Assembly (NCBI GenBank): GCA_964016885.1
Contig: OZ024746.1
Span: 86,428,001-86,492,000 of the forward strand
Reading direction: 5' to 3'
Origin: Eledone cirrhosa
Lineage: Eukaryota
DNA: 64,000 nt
The position numbers were made by a program, and so were the translations under genes. The first letter of the stretch is position 1. The number at the start of each line of letters is the position of its first letter. This document shows positions 52,003 through 63,174 of this stretch, one piece after another. Under the pieces are notes generated by a model. It was given only the letters and a program-made list of their open reading frames with translations. It was not told the DNA's origin and searched no databases.

Positions 52003-55000
52003 AGCATATAAACAATATGCCCCCCCCCCCCCCCCCCCCCCCGCAAGGTGGTCGTGGAGGTGCCACGGCAAAAAAGCACCCAGCCCACACTGTAAAGTGG
52101 ACGTGTAGGCGCCACGAAAAAGCACCCAGCACTCACTGTAAATGAGGTTGGTGTTAGAAAGGGCATCCAGCTGTAGAAATCAAGCCAGATCAGTTCCTGT
52201 ATGAGCAAGGCATGGTCAGCCGACCAGACACTGCCCACAACAGGACAACCCGTCTAACCCATGCTAGCGTGGAAGAACGGACGTAAAACGGTGATGATGA
52301 TGATGATGATACTATTGTATTTTTGTGATAAAGGCTTTATCTTACATAATTATCTCATATAATATCGAATTTATGAGATTTGATGTTATTTATTTTGAGA
52401 AAAATACAGTATGAGTGGCCAGTTATAGCCAGTTTGAACAGAAAGAAGTAAGAGAATTCTGGCTGGATATGGCTGGTTTAAATGCTAAAGGGATAAAGCT
52501 TTTACTACGAAAATAAAATAGTAAATATAGAGTAATGTAAATGCTAAAGAGTTAAGGAATAAAGCATTAAAAAGCTACTTAGAAATAATTCATGCAGTGA
52601 GGAAAAGATCAATATTAGTCAGTGACTAATATGGTTTTAATTAATTCAGCAAGTTGGGAAGACAACTCCAGGCATGTTTCTGTCCCAGCAGTGATAAGAG
52701 AGTCACTAAATACATGTACGACATTGTACACTGATTGATGTTGGAAAGTAGAATTGTTTGAAAATAAATAATGCGCATACGTCATCCACTGTGGAGAATG
52801 TGATGTGAATTTAATAAGACGTAGCTTGAAGGCGTAGAAACTGAAGAGTGCAAGTGAGTTTTGAAGAAGTAATTTGGGTATTAAAAGCATTAGCTATTTA
52901 TACATGAGTGAGGGCATTCATAGGTGGAATTTCTATTGTAATTAATTTGAAAAATTAATGATATATACACATATATACACACACGTAAAAGATAAACAAA
53001 AATAACGAAAAACAAAAAGCAACAAACGGCAGAATACATGGAAGAAATATATTAGTTTAACACTTGAAATAGCAGGAAGAGTCTTAACGTTTCAGACACT
53101 AGTCCTTCATCAAAAGAAATAGAAGATAAATAGAAAAATAAAGAGTAATTAGAGAAAGGAACGGGGGGAAAAAATGAAGAAAAAAAATGGGAGAAAAAAA
53201 ACACATGCGTATTCAGTAGGCCATATATATATGTGAGTCCCGGGTTCAATTGTCAGGTACCCAATACATTAGTAGAGTGAAAACATCAGCTTCTACAGGA
53301 CTAGAACTGTTTCATTCTGAAATCATCTTTTGAATGAAACAGTTCTAGTCCCGTAGAAAGCATTTCTAAATTAATCTTTATATATATATATATATATTTT
53401 AAAAGCATACAGTAAATGTGGTTGGTGTTAGGAAGGGCATCCAGCTGTAGAAATCTAGCCAGAAACAGTTCTATATGAGGAGGATACGGTCACCTGCCCG
53501 TCTTGCCTCAAATGAAACAACCCGTCTAACCCATGCTAGCATGGAAGGTGGACGTTAAACAACGATGGTGATGATTTTAATAATCATCAGATACAGCTAT
53601 CTTCATATGTATGTAAATACACAGGCAGAAACACATTTACTCAGGTGTGAGTCATCAGCCTTGAACAAATGAATAAATGCTATTACATGTATTGAGCATT
53701 CTTTCTCCCATTTGTACATAGGTGTGTGTGTGTGGGGAGAGTGGGGAGGTTTAATAAACCTCAGATGCAAACAACTGGAAGGCTAGTTGAACAGTCATGC
53801 TTATTGCATGTGCAAAGTTTCAATATATGTTCTAAAAATACAAGTGATATTAAGTTAATCTTGAAATTATATATTCTTTTAGCTTCTTCCATATGATACA
53901 TCTTGGTGAATTAAAGTGACTAAAGAGCCCTCAACCTTTTTTGATGGCATTGCTTTTAAAGATCTATGCTCTTCCTATTACCAACCACTTTAGCATGTGT
54001 ATGGGTGCATTATATCATTGCATCAGTACTAGAGAGAGGAAAATTTGAAACAAAGAATTTAATATATATGTAGTGCACCATTAATTTCATGTTTGAAATA
54101 ATAGATTTAATTTGCTTCGCTTACGTCCTGGTTTTAAATTTTTAACATAAAATAGAAACTGGTTCAACTTCTATAACATTAGTTAAAATGCATTCTTATT
54201 GATTTATTTTTATTTTTATTGTACATTGCTCTGTCAAATACTAGAAGCTTTGATAAATTAGCTGACATTCAAACTAAAAAATGTGAACTGTAATGTGTTA
54301 CTGCAGTTATAATACTGCTTTCATGTAGTCCGAGATTTCATTGTGAGAATGAAATATTCATGCTTCCCATGAAAATTTTGTATGTCTAATTAGTTAAATA
54401 AAACTGAAATTTACCAGTTATTATTTTGAAAAGATGTGCTGTTATTTCCTTTGTTGATTGTATTCACAAAGAAAAAGTTTACCGATAGACTAAAAAGAAA
54501 GTTTGGGAATATCCCGTTGTTTTTCTCTAAAAGAAGGCCCATCCTACCATGTATCTTTTTCATGCACACACATTTTAGACAGATTTAACCCTTTACTCTA
54601 TATCTACTATTGTATTTTCACAGTAAATACTTTATCTCATATAATATTGAATCTATGAGATTTTGATATTTATTTTGAGAATACCTTAACATAAGTATGA
54701 ATGGTTGGTTATAGCCAGTTAGAAGAGAAAGAGGTGAGGGAATTATGGCTGGTTTAAATGCTACAGGGTTAAACGGTCATATCCGACCTGAATTCTCTTA
54801 CTGCTTTCTCTTCAAACTGGCAGTAACCGGTTGCTCACACTTACATTAAGATATTGTTCTCAAAATAAATATCAAAATCTCATAGATTTGATATTATGTA
54901 AGATGAAGTGTTTATGTGAAAATACAATAGTAAATATAGAGTAATCATCATCACTGTTTTATGTCCATTTTTCCATGCTAGCGTGGGTAAAGGGTTAAAG

Positions 55001-55820
55001 AGGACATATAAGAGAATAAAATATGTAATTCTATTAAAAAAATACTTTAACCAAAAGCTCATTAATGTTTCTAGAAATATTATCATTAAGACTTATTGTG
55101 CTGTAGTTATGCCAACATTTTATATGATTTTGAAACGAGGACAGTATCATCATAAACAACAGGAATCAAATCAATTGTCTAGACATGCTTCACATAAGTT
55201 TTGCATTAAGTATGTAACATTTCATTGGATGAACGTTGTTGAATTAGCAGAGTTATGTTATGGCGTTAGTTTAAACATCTCAGTATTTGTTTCAAATCGT
55301 GCTGAGGTTAACTACCTTTTATCCTTTCAAGGTTAATAAATTAAGTACCAGACTAGGGGTGGTTTAGTGGAAGTATTAAAGAGTCGGACAGGATGCTTTG
55401 CAAATCTACTCCAGCTCTACTATATTCTGAGTCCAAATTCCACCTTCTTCTGTCAGTAGCTGTAACTGGCAGATGATATCACTAATGGAAAGACCAAATG
55501 GAAACATTGTTTCCTTGGTCTGATAAGTGTTTTTTCTTCTTTTTTCCATTGGACGACAAAATGTCAAATAGTAATATATTTGAATAACATAATTAGCATT
55601 GAAAAATTCTTGCTACATACTGTGCAGAGCATGCCACTCATGGAAGTTTTCTAGAAAATGCCCTTGGTGAGTCAAGATCACTATGTACTTTAGAGACAAG
55701 CTCAAAGCAAGTCTGAGGTATTTGGAGTTTGGTTTACAATCTTGGGAGTATTTACCACTCAAGTTTCAAGCTTGGTATGGTGAGTGCTTTCATAAAACAG
55801 TTTTGAGGAATGAATTAGAC

Positions 55821-56453
55821 CAGAGGTACCCAACCTTTTTGCTTGAAAGGGCCACATTAAGATTCCAAATTTAGCTGTGGACTGCATAGAATTATCCATA
55901 CTATCAAAGGCAGTTTACGTTTTTATGATGATAGACATACACTTAAAAAAATTTTTATTTTTTTATATTTTTATTTTTTTATTTTTTTTATTTTTTTATT
56001 TTTTTTATTTTTTTATTTTTTTATTTTTTTATCTTTATCTTCGAGAAAATCTTTTGAAGTCTGTCACATTATCTATATGTTGAAAGAGAGAAACACACCA
56101 CACATTTTTTGTCCTTTTTTGAAATTGCATTGCCTATATGTTGAATTTTTTTCTACATGCACACACACAGAATACACACATTTGTACAAATAAAGTGTGA
56201 TGGACAGACAGAGGAGACCGAGAGACAGGTTTCCTTTTATAATATAGATTGTTACTACTACCACTTTTCAAAGTTGTTTGAATTTATATAAAAGTTGGTG
56301 CAAATATTTGAAACGTAGCAACATATCCTGTCATGCAGTTGCTGGCTACGTGCAATCTGCTGGATAAGAGCATAATTCTTATCTTGTTCTGAGGGTCACT
56401 GAACATCCTTAAGGGCTGCATACAGCCTTAGGGCCACAGGTTGGGGATCCCTG
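55821..56453. mobile_element. Non-autonomous hAT (Charlie-like) element with 8-bp TSD
   Basis: CAGAGGTACCCAACCT...AGGTTGGGGATCCCTG ends, TSD aattagac (55813-55820 and 56454-56461), and subterminal gggccac motifs. Confidence 0.85.
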
Positions 56454-59400
56454 AATTAGACCATAAGAATGTATTGAGCTTAAAAAAAAGGTTCTCTCCA
56501 TATTTGCTTGTAAGAAATGAACATGTTTACCATATATCTTAGCTCTACTCTATGTCCGAGTCCAGGCTTGCTTTAAGAAAAAGGTCAAGAAAATCCAACA
56601 CACCAGATAAAATGTTTACTTGTAAGCACACTTGCAAGTTTAGACTTGTTCTCTTGCTCCACAAAATTGAACTTTATTTGTTTTTATTAATTTTAATCAG
56701 TTTTACCATATTTTTATCAATGTTTTCATTGCTACTGTGGTTGTCAGTGTTAAGTAGCTCATCTGTTTAGCCTGCTTAGGAAGAACACCTTTAGTATAGT
56801 GTTAGCTAATTCAATAGAATTGTCATTTCAAAATGTGACCATACTGTCTTCATTGTTAGAACACATCTTGATATGAACAATAACTTTATTTTGAAGTTGG
56901 TTTATATGATGTTTTGTTAGGATTCATACAGGTACTGGTTTCACTGGCCTCCTATTACTGGCCATTTGTGACAGCAGAATTCATCATATTGACCAACCTA
57001 CTAAGTGTCCTCAATAGGGAATCTGTTTCCAAAATCAACTACAAGACAGATTGAGAAATACCTTACTTATATATATATATGTTGAGGGGGAGAGAGAGTG
57101 TGAGAGATAGTTGGGGTACATTGTCCAATTCACTCAGATCATTTTTAATCACCATTTATAGTTTACAAATATATCATCATCATCACCATTTAACATCTTT
57201 TTTCTCAAGCTTGCATGGGTTAGATGTGTCGCACATGTATTGAGACAAACTGGCCAGCTGGCTGCACCGTACCATGCTCAAACGGAACTGTATTTTGGCT
57301 GGGATCTTTACAGCTAGATCTCATTCCTAACACCAATCGTCTTTACAATATGGAACTGGGTGGCACCACTATGAGAGATGTCTGGCCAGTTGGCCATACC
57401 AAGCCTTACTCATAGTGGAGCTCTGGCTGGCACAATTATGAGGAGGGTTTGGCCAGTTGGCTGTGCCATATCCAGCTTATATCGGAACCATAGTTTGGGA
57501 ACTGGGTCATCCCATTATGACGGAGGTCAGGCCAGTTGGCTATGTGTTTAATAATTAGATTAAACTTATTGTTGGTGAATCTAGGATTGATTAGCAAAGA
57601 TGTTTACATTTTAAACAAAGTGAAACTGGCAGATATATAGATTGGATGTAAAATATTATTGTTTTTGTATTAATCGCATGCTGCCATGGGTTTTATTGTT
57701 TTAGTCATAGATCTTTGTTGTTGTTGCTAACTCTGATTGAACAAAAGACTCATGATCAAAGACTGTCTGGCAAGAGATCTATTTACTATGTCCACATGCA
57801 CCCAAAACACTTTATACACAGTCAATCATCAATGAATTAGAGATATTTTCATACTAGTTGCTTTGCAATAGTTGTTCTGGTGTTGTGCATTCTGAGTTCA
57901 AATTCCACTGGAAAAATGGTGAGTTGATAAATCATCCAAGAAACCTTATAGAAAGCTGTCTATACCTACTTAGAGCTGTAGCACCAATAACAATTTTGAC
58001 CATCTCACTCTTTTCTTTAGGTGCTTGGCACTATGCCCCACACATTAACCCAATCCACCCTTCTCTAAGATTGTAGGGTGTGATTTGAGGGAGATTGGGC
58101 TGCAAGTCAAGTGACTCTTGTGGCTCTATTGTTGGTTAAATGGACATTGGTTTCTATCATTAGTAAACTGTTTTAAATATTGTTTCAATATTAACTGTTT
58201 GTGACAACATCAAAGGTACTAATGAAACTTGTTGAAAAAATTTAACACAGCCTCTGATGTTGCATGATATGCCTAAAACTGAAAGGAAAAAATTAGTCAG
58301 AATATGAACTTCGCAGCAAGTTCCATCCATTTCTGTGAGTGTTTAGGGCCTGAGTAATGGTTGATCAGTGGGAAAAATTCAAAAGTACCTTTGATGCTGT
58401 CATGGACTGTAAATAAAAATATTTATATCTAAGTTAATACACACTTCGTTGCAGTTGATACTAGTTCTTGCAAAATGTGAAACGATGTCAGTCAGGATAA
58501 CCAAAGCAAGCAAAGCATAAATAGCTTGAGTGATTTAACCCTTTAACATTTAAACCCGCCATATCTGGCCAGAATTCTCTCACCTCTTTTTGTTTGAACC
58601 AGCTGTAACCAGCTGCTCATACTTATGTTAAGGTATTGTTTTTAAAATAAATAATATAAAAATCTTCTAGATACAATATTATGTGAGATAAAGCCTTTAC
58701 TGTGAAAATACCATAATAAAGATAGAGTAATGTAAATGCTAAAGGGTTAAATATATATTTTTTTAAACAGTAAAGGTAGTGTTGGTAATCAAGTGTAACA
58801 ATTTCGAAATAACTCTACTTTTTACAACTCCATGTAACTACAAAACTGGTGTTGTTAAAATTGTGTGTGTGTATAATTGCTTCTTTGCATTTAATGGTAG
58901 TTAACCCAGCAGTAAACAGTCACTTTGTTTACATTTTAAGCAATGCTAGTATCTAAAAAAAAAGAAAGAAAAAAACCTGGGACTCAAACCTGCGTCTCTT
59001 TGTTGGTGTGTAATGATAATTACCACCATACTATGTCAATAAAATGGATAATATTAGCTTGGTAGCAAATCTTTGAGATAATTGGAGGAACTGACTTTGT
59101 GCCTTTGATTACATGTCTAAATCTCTGGGATATGTTGTTCTTAATAACTCTTAACCCATTACCATTTACATTACTCTATATATACTATTGTATTTTCACG
59201 GTAAAGACTTTATCTCCCATAATATTGAATATATGATATTTTGATATTATTTATTTTGAGAACAATAAATATGAGCAGCTGGTTACAGCCAGTTTGAACA
59301 GAAAGAAGTGAGAGAATTACTTAGACTCTGCTCTTAAAGGTTTAGTGAATGACCCTCAGTACTCATGTCAGTTTTGTAATTGTTTTATTGATTGTTATTT

Positions 59401-61178
59401 GTTGAGCTGCTAAGTCACAGGCCATAAAGAAACACAACCAACACTAGTTTGTAACCAGTATAAATATAAACTCAGGTATGGACACACACACACACACACA
59501 TGCACATGCAGTTAGCTTCTGCACAGTTTCTGTCTACCAAATTCCACCCATAATGTTTTGATCAAATTGAGGCTATAGTAAAAAAAGCTTAGGTATCAAA
59601 CACTGAGATCAAACCCACAACCACAGTGGTGTGTAACAAACATTTTAACAACATAGCTATGTATGCACATGTGCATCTGGTAGGCATGCATACAGTTTCT
59701 ATACTAAGTTCTCAAGTATTGGTTAACCATTTAGCATTTACGTTACTCTATATTTACTATTGTATTTTTACAATAAACACTGTCTCACATAATTATCCCA
59801 CATAATATTGAATCTATGAAATGTTGATATTATTTATTTTGAGAACAATACCTTAACCTCAGTATGAACAGCCAGTTACAGCCGGTTTGAACAGAAAGAG
59901 GTGAGAGAATTCTGGCCGGATACAGCTGGTTTGGACAAGAAGTTAGACAATACAGCCCGTTTAAAGGCTAAAGGGTTAAGCATTGTGCAGTTTGATCAAT
60001 TGCTTAACCACATGGCCATACTTATGTGTACATACTTGAAATGTTTTTTTTTTATATATATAATTATCATCATCATTATTCTTGCTTGTTTGTCTGCTCT
60101 GATTGTTTTGCCAGACTGCACCTGACCTGTCTAATCTGGTTCATTGCTGCCTCCTATCTCATGTCTGCCTCCTATCTCATGTCTGCCAGCATTTGATTAG
60201 ATTATTAACCATGAGATTCTCTATTTAACAGCTATTGTTACACTTGAAACACCCACTCATTCCAACAACCACAACACCCTGTCTCGACCCCTTCCCTTTC
60301 CATATTAATATACTACTTCTATTTAACCTTTATTTCACTCCTCTGTAATGTAGAAGAGCCATTTACCAGTCACCTTCAGTTTTATCAGATGCTGTGATTA
60401 TTTAATCATTGTTGTAAAGAAATGTTGACCTATATAACGCATCCACATGCATACATAGGTGCATGTGTGCACACATGCATTTATACGCCAACATAAAAAT
60501 ACTTTTGTACACAAGCCAGTGCAGGATCCTCTGTGTGTGTTGATCAACCTTCTAGAAATGTCAGCCAAATCTCTCAATATCAGCTGAACTCTTTTGTTAT
60601 ATTTCTAATTATGATGGAACAGGGACCCCTATCAATAAAACACCCAAATATTCTATAAGCTGCAATATTCTAGGAAACCATCAAAACCTGTGCGAGCTGT
60701 AAATTTCACTTTTTTTCATGTTGTATTTCTTACAAAAGACAGTGCGAATGATTTTCAAAGAATTGAATAATACCTTGTAAATAAAATTTGGTAGATAGAA
60801 ACTGCAGCAACCCATCATGTCTGTGTGAATGTATGTATGTATGTATGTATGTATGTATGTATGTATGTATGTATATATATATATATATACATACATGCAT
60901 ATATACATGCATACACTATATAGTGGTCATTCTGGTGCTGCAACAAAAAGCACACTGTCCACACTGTAAAGTGGTCGTTTTGGTGTCAACAAAAACACCC
61001 AGTCTCCACACTGTAAATGTAGTTGATGTTAGGAAAGATATTCAGCCAGAGAAACCAAGCTAGAAACAGTTCTGCATGAACATGACACGGTGCCCAAGAA
61101 ATGCTGTATGTCAATGCAGCGCCCCTACAACTCTATCAGGAGTTACGGGACCATGCCACACCATATATATATATATAT

Positions 61179-61512
61179 ATGGAGGCACATGGCTTAGTGG
61201 TTAGAGCATTGAGCTTGCAATCGAAAGGTTGTGAGTTCAATTCTCAGACCGGGTGATGTGTTGTTTCCTTGCAGAAGACACTTTATTTTACATTGATCCA
61301 GTTTACTGAGCTGTAGAAATGAGATGATAGGGACTGGGGTCCATATTCCACTGTAAAGTGGACATGGAGGTGCCACTGCAAAAAAGCACCCAGCACTCAC
61401 TGTAAAATGAGGTTGGTGTTAGGAAGGGCATCCAGCTGTAGAAATCAAGCCAGAATCAGTTCCTGTCCCACCCTTGCAAGCAGGGAAAAAGCGGACGTAA
61501 AATGAAATGATG
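61179..61512 (+). mobile_element. tRNA-CORE SINE with RTE-derived tail (family B), full length
   Basis: A-box tggcttagtgg and B-box gagttcaattc, then a CORE-like segment (aagacactttattt...cagtttactgagctgtagaaatgag). The tail is shared with the RTE LINE 3' UTR and ends in (GAT)n. Confidence 0.9.
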
Positions 61513-61984
61513 ATATATATATTTGATATCTACCTCTTCTCACTCTCTTCTGTAAACTTGTATAACTGCTTGGAGAATAGTCACAAATTTCATGCTTCTT
61601 GTATTCTGGTGGTATGAGGTAGCGCTTTTGTTCCCTGCATGAACATAAATAAATAATACAATATATATATATGTTTGCCTATATCCTCACACTATCCTCT
61701 CCATAAAAGAACGCCATAATTTAAAAACAAGTTGAAACATGTTTTTATGTCCTTTTCTAGTTTTCACTTTTTTTTTTCCTTTCCTTTCCTGCATTTCTTT
61801 TTCTTCTTTCTACCAAAGGCATAGTCCTAAATATTATGTACTGGCTTTTTTCACAGGATTTTCTTGGTAAGTTATCAACCAGAGTTTCAATATTATGAAT
61901 AAGATTGTACCTCTTTTTATTACATAATTCTGTTTAACAGAATTATATAATAAAAAGATGTCCAACAAAACCGTCTCTTTTATT

Positions 61985-62015
<31 letters not shown>

Positions 62016-62017
<2 letters not shown>

Positions 62018-62180
62018 ACGAAGGAAGTGTGGTAAGGAACCAGGTGGACCATAACGCACCAGAGTACTCGATACTAGTAGTAGAGTGGGTAATAGGAAAA
62101 GGGTCAGGACTCTGACGACAGGGCTCATAGCCGTCGAAACGGCTTGAGCTCTGCCATCGGGGTCCTGACCCTTTTCCTAT
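62016..62180 (-). repeat. Second copy of the palindromic element (89-nt hairpin), embedded in (TA)n
   Basis: Hairpin at 62092-62180. The unique arm matches 29999-30075 in reverse, and (TA)n lies on both sides. Confidence 0.85.
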
Positions 62181-63073
62181 ATATATATATATATATAGTA
62201 ATAATAATAAATTTGAAGACTAAAATCCAAAGAGGGCTCGATAAGGATAAATATATATCAAATATATAAGAACCCTAGAGCAAATATTTATTAAAATAAC
62301 ATTAAATTTTAAGCAAAGAATCGCTGCTTTCACCCTTGACGGGATCTTCTCAAAGAGTTTCAGAAGATCCCATTAAGGGTAAAAGCAGCGATTCTTCCGC
62401 TTAAACTTTAATCTGTTATTTTAATAAATATAGATACATATATATGATACATATGTATGTATATACAGGGAGTGTAGCGTGAAGTTACTGTAGGTTCACC
62501 CAGGTGAACACTCAAAGTTTAGGTTCACGTCAGTAGCGAGGTTTAGGGCTAGACAGAGTGTAATATATGACATTCTGTCATTACTACAACAGAGGTCCAA
62601 CGAGCTTTTGATTCCAGAGTCAGGCCAGATCGATACAGATCAAACCTGGAGCTGATCAATAGCAAAACGTGTGTCACCAATCAATAAACATAATGAAGAC
62701 TTAACAAATCATCCTTGTATTATTATATTTATTATATATATATATATATATATATATATTGACTGCTATGTATTCAAATGTTGCTCTTTAATTTATCATT
62801 TGTTTCATCAATTAGATCCATGATGGAAATTATTTCAGTATCACTCATTCCATTAGTTTTTTTGGGGGGGTTTTATCCAATGTGTTCTTCCTATTTATGC
62901 AGTAAGGTGTGGATTAAGGGAAATTTTGCTACTAATTTTTACTGCATTCAGCCATTATGTTGAGGTTTCGTTGTTGGTTTGTTGGAAATCTCTTTGTTTA
63001 TATATATTTAAGATAGCTAACACCCCTGTTTGATATTAAAGCTAAATTTATACTCTCTTCTCTTCCTTCAAAG

Positions 63074-63174
63074 GGCCCTGTACTTTTTTGCATATGCCAA
63101 TATGAAAATGACGTTAAATACAGTATTAGCACCTGATACACCATTAGTCCACATCTTCTCTGCGTTAGCGGCAG
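63074..63174 (+). CDS. SLC25A36: Coding exon 4 of SLC25A33/36-like carrier (ALYFFAYANMKMTLNTVLAPDTPLVHIFSALAAG); gene continues beyond window
   Basis: Pyrimidine tract then aag acceptor, donor G|gtaagt, 101 nt. In frame with exon 3 (APSR|ALYF) and colinear with the family motif RAIYF...VHxxSAxxAG. Confidence 0.93.

Larger units (their letters stand above)
48152..52310 (+). mobile_element. Full-length RTE-clade LINE (RTE-A), apparently intact, sense orientation in intron 3
   Basis: Single long EN-RT ORF, tandem 5' leader, about 300-bp 3' UTR ending in (GAT)n. It interrupts a MITE whose two halves flank it, which defines both ends. Confidence 0.95.

Noticed and set aside
49323-52238. Antisense ORFs over the LINEs (also 44287-46308)
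   Set aside because: These are shadow frames of the RT ORF and 3' UTR with no recognisable domains.
55470-55525. C/D-box snoRNA or SECIS
   Set aside because: The C box is a poor match and I could not identify an rRNA-complementary guide. The intronic position and geometry do not fit a SECIS.
61180-61255. tRNA genes
   Set aside because: The A/B boxes belong to SINE heads. There is no complete cloverleaf or pol III terminator at the expected position.
62112-62140. Hammerhead core CTGACGA...GAAAC in the palindromic element
   Set aside because: Stem II cannot close properly (C opposite C). The motif is not present in the opposite arm or in the homologous copy, so it is probably a chance product of hairpin divergence.
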